DNA from: Lytechinus pictus
Lineage: Eukaryota
NCBI RefSeq assembly: GCF_037042905.1
Contig: NC_087251.1
Location: 11,100,001 to 11,164,000 of the forward strand
Direction: 5' to 3'
DNA: 64,000 nucleotides
Shown here one piece after another: positions 51,154 through 64,000 of the stretch. A program made the position numbers and the translations under genes. The stretch's first letter is position 1; the number at the start of each line of letters is the position of its first letter. A model generated the notes under the pieces. The model was not told where the DNA came from, searched no databases, and saw nothing but the letters and a program-made list of their open reading frames with translations.

Positions 51154-52309
51154 ACTTCCCTAAATTACATTATTTCGTTTTTATTTTGGAGGTCGATTGC
51201 ATCTCTTTGGACCACTATGACCACCATCATTATCACATCCTTTCTACTACTTGCCCAACCCTATTCTCTTCTCTCTTTTACCCTCTCGCTCTCTCTCTCT
51301 CTCTTCCCCTCCGTCTCTCATTTTCTTTCATTCAATTATTTTCTCTGTCTCTCACACCTACATTTCATGATTCTTCTTCCCCTCTCAAGTTCATGTTAGA
51401 AAACTTTTTTTATTTTCTGAGGGACTTTTGTAAATAGACACATGGGATACATCTATTTCATTTTGATTAGGATCATGCTTGTTGCAGAAGTTTTAATAGC
51501 ATCCATAAACCCGCTGCAAAAGTAAAAATAATGATACGAATGATAATGATAATACGTGATATTTCAAGAGTGTCGTTTTAACTTTGATAAACATGCTCAG
51601 ACACTTTAAGAAGACAGAATTTGAAAACGAGATAGAAAGAGAGTGGGGTGGGGCTACCATTCAAACACACGTTAGGATCTTCAGGTTGCCCTTAAACTGT
51701 AAATTACAGGCTTTGCATTTTTGAGAGTTGGTCCGATAAGAGCAAAAGCTCATTCCCCCTTGATTAATTAGAAAACCGAAAATGAAGAAGGTCAGAATTT
51801 TAGGATCTTAGGGCTATTTGGACGCTTAAGAAGACTGGGGGGCTGATTCAGCACCCCCCCCCCCCCTTATGATCTTGGACGTCGATCACGCGATCGCCAC
51901 GAAAATTGGCACGTGCTTTACCCATTGCATAATCTACAAAACTATATATATATATGATCAAATTTTGCGAAAAATCTCTTTGCTAATGCATTATACTAAT
52001 TTATGCGTAAAATAAAAAAAGAATTGCTTTAATTAACTAAATAACCCCCCTAAAATTCTTATTTTGGTTCACATACTCTTTGTAGGAATCTTATCAAACG
52101 TACTTTAAAAAACATATCAAAATGGATTTTGTGAGAGAAGGGGAGGAACAGCGGAACGAACTACTTAGAAAAGAGGATTAGATTTTATAACGACTACTAG
52201 TAAATTATTGAATGATTCTGATTATTTTTTTGGGGGGGGGGCAGAGAATTAGCCTATCGAATAATATGTCGTCTTATTTCTGACTATCATCTTTCACTAT
52301 CAGCTGGGT

Positions 52310-54377
52310 TTAGAATTCGTTCGCTGGCATCTTACAGACGAAAGACATCACCTCGTTGCAGTACATATCGTTCCATCTTTGAGCAATGTCAGAGTCATCT
52401 CTCAAACGCCAAATGTGGACGCAGTCTTCCACCTGTGAATGATCGTAATAATTGTTGTTGGGCTCTCCTTCAATCCACCTCTCGAATCTACCTTGTGTCT
52501 TACCATCAGAGTTCACCCAGGATCCGTCTGCCACAGTCTGATGAAGACCAATCCATATTCCATACACTGGATTACGAGCTTCTATATCATACTGACGATA
52601 AAGGGAAATTGAAGATATCATTCTCTTAGAGGAATATTTTTGTATAATTTATAGATTCATTTGAACAATGGCAAAAAAACATTATATTTTCTGTTGTATA
52701 TAATATACAGGTTCTGTAGAAAATCCAGCGTAATTATGGTTGATAATAAGAGGGGAAAAATGCGAGAGAAATCTTGCTGATATTTCATGTATTTAGACAT
52801 AACGAGCGGAGCGCCTGTGGCAGTCTCGCCTGCATTACGAGATTAAGTATAGCAGCAGTGCCGACTTTGAAAAATAACTATCAAATAATTATTCACAAAG
52901 AACACAATTCCTGTAATAAAATAGTACTACGTCCATTGACCCTAAATGACATTTTACCGTGATCATGTGACCTAAGACTTGTGCAAGATGATCAGTGATA
53001 TTTGATTACCCCTGTGTCAACATTTCATGAACTACAGTATATCCATAAACTTTCAAAGTTACGATGATAATTCAACAAATACCCCCAACATGGCCAAAGT
53101 TCATTGGCCTTAATGACCTTTGACCTTGGTCATGTGTTCTGAAACAATCATGTGATGTTAAGTGATACTTGATTATTCTTATGTCCAGTATTATGAGCTA
53201 GATCCATAAACTTTCAAAGCTACGATGGTAATTCAACCAATACTCAAAACATAGCCAAAGTTCATTGACCCTAAATGACCTTTGACCTTAATTATGTGAC
53301 CTGAAACCCGGGCAGGATCGGCATGTTATCGTGTAATCATACTTGATTACCCTAATGTTAAAGTTTCATGAACTAGGTTTATATACTTTCTAAGTTATGA
53401 TTACATTTCAAAAAAATAACCTTGGGTTAAGATTTCGATGTTGATTCCCCCAACATGGTCCAAGTTCATTGACCCTAAATGATCTTTGACTTGAGACATG
53501 TGACCTGAAAATCAGGCAGGATTTTTAGTAATACTGAATTATCCGTATGATGTAATTTCAAAAACTTAACCTTCTGTTAATATTTCATGTTGACGCCGCC
53601 GCCGTCGGAAAAGAGGCGCCTACAGTCTTGCTCTTATGCAGGCGATACAAAAACTGGATAAATTTATAAAAATTGATTTTTATAAGAGTGAAATTTTGAT
53701 TTAGTGCCCTGAAAAGGAGACATTTTAAGGACTGATTGTAAGAATTCAAGAAGAGGATATGTATCTCTCCAGTCAATAATGCTAGTGCAAAGCGCGAGCT
53801 AAACATTTTAATAATCTGACCTGAAAATGGAACATTCAAATACTTAATTTTAAATCATGGTTATGAGGCGTATTTCATCAAACAAATATTTATATTTGTT
53901 TTATATTTGATATACATTTCAATATATCAAACCAGTATTTAGCTATTGATGTTTTTTTAAGGTTATAATTCATCGTTTCATCATGTGTTTTCCCCCAAGC
54001 AATTTGTTTCCTTACATTGAGTTGATGAAATTCATCACCGCAGATAATTGATCATCAGTTTGCAAATCTCATTTTCGATTGACGTTAAAGTTGTAAAAAC
54101 TCACCTCCCAGTCTGGTATGTTGTTAATGTCCACGCTGGATTTGAAGAGTTCGTAGATGAATCGGTTCTCTTCGAGATTCAGGACAGAGGCGAGATGTCC
54201 CATTCCCTTGGTGGTGAAGTATTCATTACATCTAGCTTCAGCAGCCGACCAGGTCAGTCTATCCCCCTGGTAACGGTAGCAGTTCCCCTCGAACATATTC
54301 CAAAATTGAGGGCAGCTGTATTTGGCGTTGCACATGGTTGTCGTGGCGACAGCAATTATCAGCATAAGGATCCTCAT
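52310..54377 (-). CDS. Secreted single-domain C-type lectin (echinoidin-like), 184 aa; coding exons 54377-54105 and 52591-52310
   Basis: Signal peptide MRILMLIIAVATTTMCNA. CTLD motifs CP.FW..F.GNCY, W..AE..C, HLASV...EN, WIGL, EPN, EDCV, WND..C.....FVC. Phase-0 intron GAG|gtgagt ... tcgtcag|TAT. Stop TAA at 52312-52310. Confidence 0.95.
52801..53653 (-). mobile_element. Full-length Helentron/DINE-like element in the lectin intron
   Basis: Reverse complement of the 16994 family with both ends present (aacgagcggagcgcctgtggcagtctcgcctgcattacg ... gccgtcggaaaagaggcgcctacagtcttgc). About 4 tandem units with ttcattgaccctaaatgacctttgacc. Confidence 0.8.
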
Positions 54378-54477
54378 GGCGCTGTGATATAGATAATACA
54401 TTTTGAAGAAATCTCTGGTAAAATATGTAGAAAAGTGTATGTGCGTAGGCGTATGTGCGTACGTGTGGGTGTACTTG

Positions 54478-55733
54478 TCATTGAAGGGCCATGTGAGCTT
54501 ATACCGTGGCGTCAGTCGTCCGTCCATAATTTGAAATGCTTCTTCTTCGTCATTTCAAGTCCGATTTCAATTCTGTTTGCTTTATATGATAGCACTAGGT
54601 GGGGAATTCAAAACTTTAGCTACACAGAATTTTGAAACTTATTAGATATATATACTTATGCGCATGCTTATTTATGCGCATTTTTCAAAATTCCCCCCAA
54701 AATGCTTCTCCTTTATTTGTTTACCGATTTTGGTTTCTTTTGCTTCCATCTGGTAGAGCTTCACGAGTTTCACCAAACTTCTACAGAATTTTAAAATTTT
54801 GACGATAATTTTTTTAATGCTAATTTATGCAAAATTATGTTTGCTTTATATGATAGCACTAGGTAGGAGGATTTAATCTTCTACACAGAATTTCGAAACT
54901 CATTACATATGCTAATTTATGCACATTTTTCAAAATTAACCCCCCAAAAATGCTTCTCCTTTATTTGTTGACCGATTTTGATTTTGTTTTGCTTACTTCT
55001 GGTAGAGCTTCATTAGGTTCACCAAACTTCTACACAGAATTGTGAAATTTTTACTAGAAATTGTTTTAATGCTAATTTATGCGAAATTAATTTATGTGTA
55101 CTTAAAAAAATCATATAAAATGCTTCTTCTTTATTTGTTTACCGATTTTGATTTTTTTTGCTTCCATCTGGTAGAGCTTCATGAGGTTCACCAAACACAA
55201 CATTTTGAAATCTTGACTAAAAAAATGTTTATGCTAAGTTATGCGAAATTCATTCCTAATCACAAAAATTGGTTTGTTTTTTTTGTCCTCCATTTGTTCA
55301 TCAATTTCAATTTTGTTTGATTTATATGATAGCTCTAGGTGGGGATACAAAATTTCTACACAGAATTTGAAAATTCATGAAATATGCTTATTTATGCATA
55401 TCTTTCAAAACTCACAAAAATGCTTATTTATTTGTTGGCTGATTTTGATTTCTTTTTTGTTCCATCTGAGAGCTACTTGATGTTTACGAAGATTCTACAC
55501 AGAATTGAGAAATTTTGACTTAGAAAATTATTTATGCTAATTTATAGGCAAAATTTATTCATAAATCTCAAAGAATGCTTCTTCTCTGTCATTTCTTCAT
55601 CGATTTCAATTCTGTTTCCTCAATTTATGTCACCAATATTATTCACTACAGTGTCAACTGTGCTGAAATGAAAAATTGTGTTAAATTTCGTTGCAAGATG
55701 CCGGACGAGACCCACATCATTGATGTGCTAGTT
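54478..55733 (+). mobile_element. Helentron/DINE-like element with ~235 bp composite internal tandem repeats
   Basis: Starts ...gtgagcttataccgtggcgtcagtcgtccgtcc. tttatatgatagcactaggt recurs at ~54581, 54846 and 55321. Ends gagacccacatcattgatgtgctagtt. Confidence 0.6.
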
Positions 55734-56099
55734 TTAATTCTGTTTTGGGGATTATCAGCTTTCGTATAAATGCACATCATCACACAAGATGGACCTTTTA
55801 ATTAATTATTACTTAATGTCGCTTGTATTAAAACAATCATAAAGAAATTTGATGTCATTCTCGAGCATTTTGTTTTCTGTCACATAAAACCGATTGTTAT
55901 CCCTTTTCAATTAAATCAAGCAAAATATATGATCGAAATGCTAGTTACTTTCGTGCAATGCTCCTAATATGTTGAATTGTTGGTGGGATAAACCTAAAAA
56001 ATGATTTTCTTTTATATAAAATAGAAGAAATGCTGTCAATCGAACTACTTCTCTTTTTTAACCAATGTTCCATGATCGGCAACACTTACAAGGTTGTAT

Positions 56100-56480
56100 A
56101 TCAATTGGTCTACTGCCGGTTCGTCCAATTACCAACTCGTCTACTATCATTTGGTCTACCATCAGTTCGTCCACTGACCACTGTCTACATGGTCCAATTG
56201 CCAATTCGTTCACTCACTATTTCGTCTAACAACCAGTTGGTTCAATAGCCATTTGGTCCAGTTTGACTAAGTGTTCATTGGGCGAAATGAATGAAAAATG
56301 TATATTAGACCAACTGGTTATGATACGAAATGGTCATAGACGAAGTGATGATTGGACCAACTGATTATTGTACCAAGTGGTTGTTAGAAGAAATGGTTAT
56401 GGACGGAATGGCATTAGACTAAATGAAGGTAGACCACGTGATGAGTGGACGAGTTGGCAATAGACGAATTGGCAATTTAT
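56100..56480. repeat. Palindromic MITE-like element of short gtctac/gtccaa units
   Basis: aattaccaactcgtctactatcatttggtctacc vs ggtagaccacgtgatgagtggacgagttggcaat. Same family as 1935-2376. Confidence 0.7.
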
Positions 56481-57349
56481 CGTTGTATTTATCCTCTTAG
56501 TGATCATGTTGAGTTTAACAATAAAACGACTTCGATTGGAAGAAAAATTGGCATGTTAAATGGATCCCTCTTTCAATTTAGTGGTCTCTATAAAAGAAGT
56601 ATTTAACAAGTATGATATTAAGTACTATTAAGTAAAAATTTCACATCTAAAAATCATTCATACAAATAGGAAAACAAAAGAGGGGCAAGTATGTTTCCGT
56701 GGGAGGTTCCAGATCGATGATCGTTCAATTATATAATCAACAAAAATATGTGCGTTATATTATGCAGTATATACTGCTTGCAGTCGGACAGATAACTCCG
56801 GCAATTGTATAAACTGTGAATCAAAAATGGTTTACACTTTGAAATAATAAATACTATAAAAATGATACATTTTAGTATCCTAAGCTTTTTCCCCATTGAT
56901 ATATCGGCACAGATCGTTAAGCGAATGACGGTATGATTATTGACAAATCTCTCCGCTTGAGCGAGCTATATGGAATGATTTAATGTATCTTTAAAGCTTA
57001 AGCCAAATCGAGGAAATATATATATACATGTATATATATATCTATATATATATATATTTCATCAAGAGCATCTTACATACAAATATAAATAAAGCAGGGA
57101 TAATATATACCCAGTACAAATACTGATTATTTGGTTATAATTTTGCAATGACCTATACTTTAAACGTTCGAATATAAAGACAATTGATAGGTCACAATCC
57201 ATAAAAGTAAATCCACCCAATTATAATATTATAAATTAATTGTATTTACAGCAGGAGCAATTTGTTTGTACGAAGGCAACATTTTTGTTGTAGATATTTT
57301 TCTTAAAGATTTGCACATTGGAAAATCAGAAACATTGCATGTTAATTAA

Positions 57350-57478
57350 TGCTACGGTCACAAATACCTTTACGAACTCCGTAAGAATGATGTCATAGTA
57401 CCAGCTTGGTTATACCATATATTGCTATGGATAAAAATCGTAAGCACGGCGATCGTAAACGTATTTGTGACCATGGCA
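57350..57478. mobile_element. Small MITE (~130 bp)
   Basis: TIR tgctacggtcacaaatacctttacg / cgtaaacgtatttgtgaccatggca. Confidence 0.65.
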
Positions 57479-57521
57479 TATGGTAGTATTGTTCATTCTT
57501 GAAACGGGCTGTTGAACTTAC

Positions 57522-57672
57522 CAGATACACTTTCAATCTTGTTGAAGTGGAAATGTCAGTGTTTCAAAGCCGCCGAGAATCAAACTGGAAGTCGTGATGA
57601 TGTTCTTGGCGTCAACAAGTTAAATGAAAGTTTGGTGGAAATCCTCAAGTGATCTTTCTGCTTGCATTTATA
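57522..57672 (-). promoter_or_regulatory. Candidate TATA box (TATAAAT 57672-57666) and non-coding first exon of the lectin gene
   Basis: Consensus donor ctg|gtaagt at 57522/57521. An acceptor tcacag| lies 4 nt before the lectin ATG (54381). The TATA box is ~150 bp upstream of the donor. Confidence 0.55.
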
Positions 57673-58314
57673 GGTGTAATTTACTTTTGTGAAAGTTGGA
57701 GGTATATCGCGATATGGCGCATGCGCGTTTACCATGAATGTGGCATTACTTGACGTGATGAAAGCCTTTATCAACAACAACCAGGAATGAAATAATGGTA
57801 TAAATTCTAAAAAAAAAACACTGCATCGATACTTGCACAGAACAGTTTGAACAACACTAATCAGGCGATGAAGAAATTGAAGAGTGTTTGCCTTAGTCAA
57901 GGTAATGCTGATATCGTATTGTGATCAGAACGAAATGAGTGGGTCTCAAGTAACTAAGTGTATCGCACTTGACCCTCTTGGAGACACCGTGATCTTCTCG
58001 ACTTTATCCAGTATAACACTTCACTGCGGGCTTAATTATTGTCCAAAATATTGATTACTACCAGTATACTATTTGTTTTCAGTTCAGTAAGGCCGAATAA
58101 GCCTGTAATTATTCGGAAGACAAGAAAATGTGGTTTAATTGAATTGAATATATTTATTGGAGGATAGATATTCCGGATGGATGACAAAACTGTAGATGCA
58201 ACTGTAATATTATTGTCTACAGGGTGGCTTTCAACAATAGCCAAAGAATTTCACAGATCAATCGTTAAGGGGTTATAGAAGGAAATGGGGTGCATGATTT
58301 ATTTAATGCCTTGT

Positions 58315-58428
58315 AAAAGGTGAAGTCCATCCAAACATCAAGTTTATTCGAATAAATAGAGAGGTATCAAACAAACATTACACTGGAAATTTATTTAAGT
58401 CATGACATTTTAAGGTTTAGCTTATTTG
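58315..58428. mobile_element. Truncated left arm of the Kolobok-type MITE family seen at 3187
   Basis: aaaggtgaagtccatcc...gaataaatagag...tcaaacaa resembles aaaggtcaagtccaccc...gaataaatagagttaaatcaaacaa. Confidence 0.55.
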
Positions 58429-58430
58429 AA

Positions 58431-59132
58431 GAGTTTAATCATAAAATGAGCTAAATCCACTTTTAGCGTTTTCCTGTAAATCAAGGTGTTTTGATTCACC
58501 ACTTTCCCTTATCCACTGCTGTTTTATTTTGATATATATGATATTTCTATCATCTAAGATCAAATCATGTTTTTAAAAATCTAGCATCCAATGTAATTTT
58601 TTTTTAATATAAATTTAAGTTTTCATGGATTTAGCTCTTTTTGGAATAAAACCTTTGTTGAATGTCCATTTTTTCCAATTTAAACATCTTTAATATTGGA
58701 AATTGATTACGAAACACATAAATATTGCTAGCAGAGTACATTCATATCTGATGTTTATCTAATCAAAAATAAAAAAATTGTAGATTTTTCATCTTCTGTA
58801 AGGACAGTGACTTTCCGATGTTTTATTCCTAAATGAGCTAAATAAAAAAAAGTAAAATTCTGTAATTTTCACAATTTGCACAGATGATGTGAACTTGTAT
58901 CCATAACATGTACCTAAACATTTGAATCCATAACTTTATGTTAAGTAGTTAAATTAACAAATTTCAAATTATCTGGTAGTGTATCTAGCTCCTTTTGAAT
59001 AAAACTCAAATTCGCAATTAATTTTTACCAACCTCCCAATTTTTTTCTCAAATGCGATTGGTCTAAGATACATTTATATTAAAACTCAATTTTGGTCAAA
59101 AAGTGGATTTAGCCCCTTATGGAATCGAGCTC
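58431..59132. mobile_element. Non-autonomous DNA element with GAG..CTC ends (possibly Sola-like)
   Basis: gagtttaatcataaaatgagctaaatccactttt ... aaaagtggatttagccccttatggaatcgagctc. Confidence 0.55.
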
Positions 59133-59963
59133 TACATTTTAGCAAACCTGATTATATATGTATATTCGATATACCCATGACATGGAAATGAGAGAGCTGA
59201 TGATGATGTCACCACTTTGTGTTGTTGTTGTTGCTGTTTTTTGCTTTGTTTTGGACTTTTCTTTTCTTTGGGGGCATGTTATTATGAAGAAATATTCCAT
59301 TATTGTATTATGGATAATAATCAGGCCCTTGATGCAATCAAAGTAGATGACAGTTATATAATGTTCATGGATGAAGTCAACCATGTTCATGGATGAAGCC
59401 AACCATGTTTTTCCATTATAAAAATGTGAAAAATCGAACGCTTCATATTTTACAGTACAATAAAACAGAAATGGGGCGTTGATGAGCTCCCCTGTAGGCT
59501 CTGTTCACCACTTTGCATTATACCGTTTGTGTTGGGCATATGGACATAAGCAACTTCAAGATGCTATAAAATATATTATTCTTCATCCAGTTGAATTGAG
59601 TTTTCAGCGTTTTCCTTTTCTTTATAACATATTGAAATCCCCTAGTTGGGTGGAATTAGCCTTTGAGTTTTGATGAATCATACTATTATCGATAAACAAT
59701 GTTTTAATCTATTTTGTCGGATAAAATGGGAGAGTAAATGATTAAAACCCTCTTTGGTCAAAAACTCGATTTAAAGGAGAAATATATTGAAAATCGTAAA
59801 AATGGAGAATCATATATCAAATCAAAGGAGAAAATAAGGAGAACACGATGATGTACATCATTTATCATGGAGACCGATGGAACTCAGTTAATTGATAGTT
59901 TAAAGTTCTCTCTCTGAATGCTTCAAACACGCAGAATTACGTCCGCGAAATTGGGGATTTTTT

Positions 59964-61466
59964 ATGACGTCACTTTCTGTACGAGAGGCGTGATTGGCTC
60001 TCCCACGTGAAGCTCCACTTGCATGCAAAACCTGTTGCGAGGGTACGTTTTCTCCACATTGTCACTGAATACTTCGATCACGAAATGAAAGAAAACCCAG
60101 AATTTTATCTAGATTTGGATTTTCAAATTGATGATTTTGAAGATGAAGAGAATGATGATGAAATGAACAACAAAGTGACGTAGTTGGAGGTAAATTTGGG
60201 GAATTACGCTGATGATGATGAGTCGGACAATTCAACTTGCAACACGATCACATGCCGATTCGCTACCTAACTCATGCAGCTGCTAAGTGCTAGCTACACC
60301 GCGCGGGCCAAATTGAATTCATGAAAATGAATTACCACACTGTCCAGACAGAGTCTCTTACCTCTGTGACTATGAAGAATGAAAATAATGATAAAACTGT
60401 ACTTACAAACAAGTGAATGTAATCCGAACCTGAAGGCAACTCAACGAATAGCAGCAGACGATATATGCACCGACGATAAACTTCATGTGGCTGGGATAGA
60501 TTGTCACTCGCTCTGTTAGATGTAATGTTTATCTCATTAATTTGACAAAATTACGAAAATCGGGGAATTATTTATCTATATAAAAAAAAAAGTAACATCT
60601 CGTATAATTTTTAAATTACGATAAAACGTTTTTTGAAGGAAAACGTTGAGGTAAATTAAAATTAGATGTAAAAGATCCCCAACATGCGTAGCTTGATTGA
60701 GAGCTGTGCAACACGTGCATAGATCTACTCTCTCAGCCAAGGCGATCAAGCAATACGGCATGTTTGTGATTTTGATTACGATCACATATACGAGCTTTTA
60801 AAAGGTTTTATCGTAATTTAAAAAATTATACGAGATTTTACTATATTTTTATATAGATAAATAATTCCCCGAGTTTCGTAATTTTGTCAAATTAATGAGA
60901 TAAAAATTACATCTAACAGAACGAGTGACAATCTATCCCAGCCACATGAAGTTTATCGTCGGTGCATATCGTCTGCTGCTATTCGTTGAGTTGCCTTCAG
61001 GTTCGGATTACATTCACTTGTTTGTAAGTACAGTTTTATCATTATTTTCCTTCTTCATAGTCACAGAGGTAAGAGACTCTGTCTGGACAGTGTGGTAATT
61101 CATTTTCATGAATTCAATTTGGCCCGCGCGGTGTAGCTAGCACTTAGCAGCTGCATGAGTTAGGTAGCGAATCGGCATGTGATCGTGTTGCAAGTTGAAT
61201 TGTCCGACTCATCATCATCGGCGTAATTCCCCCAATTTACCTCCAACTACGTCACTTTGTTGTTCATTCCATCATCATTCTCTTCATCTTCAAAATCATC
61301 AATTTGAAAATCCAAATCTAGATAAAATTCTGGGTTTTCTTTCATTTCGTGATCGAAGTATTCAGTGACAGTGTGGAGAAAACGTACCCTCGCAACAGGT
61401 TTTGCATGCAAGTGGAGCTTCACGTGGGAGAGCCAATCACGCATCTCGTACAGAAAGTGACGTCAT
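59964..61466. repeat. Long inverted repeat: ~670 bp near-identical arms (59964-~60637, ~60795-61466) with a ~160 bp spacer
   Basis: atgacgtcactttctgtacgaga... pairs with ...tctcgtacagaaagtgacgtcat. The arms match throughout, with only scattered substitutions and small indels. Confidence 0.97.
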
Positions 61467-63015
61467 CAAATTCAAGTCAATTCAGAGACCGATGCGAGGC
61501 ATATTTCGGAGAGGCATTTTGAGCGTTTTTTAATCGGCGATTTTCACCTTATGTATTATTTTCGTTATTTTTGAATGACCCACTGATAATCCCCACATCA
61601 TTACCTTTCCATTGACATATAATAAGACCACATTCATAATCAATATAGTTCTCCTTTAAAGTTTGATATTTGTGACATTTATAACCAAACTGTCTGTATT
61701 TGGGTTATGGGGCAGGTCCATGCCAAGTTTTAAAGATTTTTGTATTTTGTCTTGTTTGTTTAAAAATCATTTTGTCCTCGGGATAGGACGAAAATTGTAC
61801 GATATAGATTGTATAGTTTCCGATATGCAAATATTAAATATGTAAGAAACGAGCTTAAATGGTGGGTATATCTACACATGAAAAATAACTTAGGAGACTA
61901 GCCGTAAATCTGATGAATGGGAATAAAATCAAATTTTCGCAAAAACCCAGCAAATCGAAAATGTTAGAATGTGATAATAACGATGCAATTTCAATGATAT
62001 TGAGCCCAACCTTTTAACATACCTTATACCAATAAACGGTAGGACAGCCCTGATTTGAGCTACCCAACATTCATTATTTCATGTACTTCCATTCCATGAT
62101 TTTACAATGGAGCTACTACGTGTTAGTACCTCCATGGTTTCATTATCTTTCATCACAGTCTTCTTTTTCATTTCCCGAAATCACTTGAAAAAAATATTTT
62201 CTAGTGTAATTGTATGTTAGTTTTCACATTTTGTTATAATATGTGAAAATGTTATAATCTAATAATTTTGATAGTTTTTCAACCTGACATTTCGCTTTCC
62301 TTTACGCCCTTGGCATATTGCTTATGCAAATAATTCCATGCGCACTTAGACCAAGGACATCTAGGGAGACGCCAGTAGATGGCTCTACCAATAGATGGCC
62401 TAACACAATCATAAACTAACCAATGGTTGGTATATACATGAATATAATGTATTATCTCATTGGGATAATTGATAAACTTAAAATATGTATTTAGTCGAAC
62501 ACAAAGGAAAACTCAGGTAAATCTTGATCTTCTTTCATGATTGCGTTTAATTGCACAATTTTACCTGGTCTACAAAAATAATACAAGTAGGTATGATGTT
62601 GTTCATTCTTAAACAAGTGTGATATTCATAGGCATTTGCCAGTTCGTAACAGGCACAAAGGAAAAAAATGATTAAAATAAATTGAATAAGCAATAGATTT
62701 GTTAGCCTTCATCGTTCTCTTAACTACGAACTAAAGTTTGTGTTTATACTTTGGCCCCAAACTCCATATGTTCTTAAACTGAACTGTAAATGTCGTGCAA
62801 AAATATCGGTGAGCTGATAAATCAATTTACGAAAACGATATTAAAGACTCAGACCAGAGATAAAATCAAAATTGGCTAATAGGAAATATATAAGCTACAT
62901 AATACAACAATGTAAGTTTTATCCATATTTCAATCATATTCAATTTAATAGGTTTAGCGCTGTATCGAGCTTCTTAACCGCCTGAGCTACTTGACGTCAC
63001 ACTGTGCATTCAGGA

Positions 63016-63553
63016 CAGGGGCGGCGGAACGTATTTTCGTTTAGGGGGCAAAGCCCAAAAAGGGCACTTAGATATCAAAATTGGCATTTTGGTGCAAACG
63101 GATATTTTCACCATGAGATTATCATCTGCGTGAAGTAGTTGTGTGTTTTTCAGTAATAAAGTTGAGCAAAACCTTTTTGAACTGACTTCTGTTTAATGAA
63201 ATATACAGTTAGGCTTTTTTTTCCGCGAGAGAGCATAGCGAGCGAGCGGTTTATATATACATAAAAGATAATCAAATCTGCAGTTGTGAAACTCGCTTTT
63301 TGGTCAATTATAGCGTTTATTATTGAAGGGCATCCTAGCGAAATGTTACAAGCGTGAATTGCAAGCTCAAACTTTTGGACACCAGAAAATTGACCTGATA
63401 ATGACTGCATTTAGTGACTGATTAATAGGATACACATCTCACCAATCGAATAATGCGCGCGCGAAGCGCGAGCTGAAATATATATATATATATTTTTTTT
63501 TTTTGGGGGGGGGCAAGTGCCTCCCTGCCCCCTCCCCGGTTCCGCCGCCCCTG
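63016..63553. mobile_element. hAT-type MITE (538 bp)
   Basis: Perfect TIR caggggcggcggaac / gttccgccgcccctg. Exact 8-bp TSD attcagga at 63008-63015 and 63554-63561. Confidence 0.92.
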
Positions 63554-64000
63554 ATTCAGGACCGTTATGATTCCATAGTTTTGTTTGTAGAAAATTCTAT
63601 TCATTATATTTTTGATTGCCAGGTTATGATTTCGATTTTTTTTTTCAATTTGGAGAGGAAATTGGCGGAAGTCTTCGTTCTGTTTTTTGTTTTATGATTA
63701 TTTTCTTTGTTTGGCTCTTAATGGGCCAAAATTGCTATGTGGGGAAAAGTAATTACTCATAATTTGAATGCAGATAGAATTGAAAAGCCGCGCCAAATAA
63801 GAGGGATATACAGTATGGCAAAATATAGTCTAAAGCTGTAGATTTTGTCAAGTCAAGCTTGCAAGAAAATATACATATAAATGTGATAAAAGAGAAGATA
63901 TTACATCCACTTTTTCTTGTTTAACATTTGATGGTAGTCTCATTTCCCGGGATGCGGTTATTCATGTCGGTCGTAACCTCTATTCCCATTGCCAACCTCG

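Noticed and set aside
50826..51437. 203 aa and 156 aa ORFs
   Set aside because: They overlap the antisense SINE and a (CT)n tract.
51826..52130. piggyBac-like MITE starting ttaagaagactgggggg
   Set aside because: Only one end is plausible; no matching TIR or TSD was found.
61247..61444. Acidic 65 aa ORF in the inverted-repeat arm as a real protein
   Set aside because: It is short, the ATG is absent from the other arm (agg), and I recognise no domain.

Overview
This is animal (eukaryotic) genomic DNA, AT-rich and full of repeats. It is most likely an echinoderm/sea urchin; that is an inference from the echinoidin-like lectin and the repeat types. The dominant feature is a ~29 kb C-rich complex satellite (~20390-49575) built from ~26-30 bp monomers (consensus ~TAGGTYGAACATCAATTYGGCGCCCC) arranged in ~1.07 kb higher-order repeats. 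It has a homogeneous core and older edges. It contains six insertions: a TTAA/Kolobok-type MITE, a decayed 3.3 kb CR1/L2-group LINE, two LINE 3' tails, an AcademH-like hairpin-ended element and one unexplained insert. It also has a probable excision footprint. Genes I can reconstruct by splice and phase logic are a 4-coding-exon ~460 aa coiled-coil protein I do not recognise (+), a frameshifted CUB-domain pseudogene cut off by a Helentron-like repeat (-), and a secreted EPN/WND C-type lectin (-, 184 aa). The flanks hold many non-autonomous DNA transposons (hAT, Tc1/mariner, Kolobok, Helentron-like), a tRNA-derived SINE, and a ~1.5 kb near-perfect inverted repeat (59964-61466). All calls were made by eye with no database searches. 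Most short ORFs in the track are artefacts of repeats.
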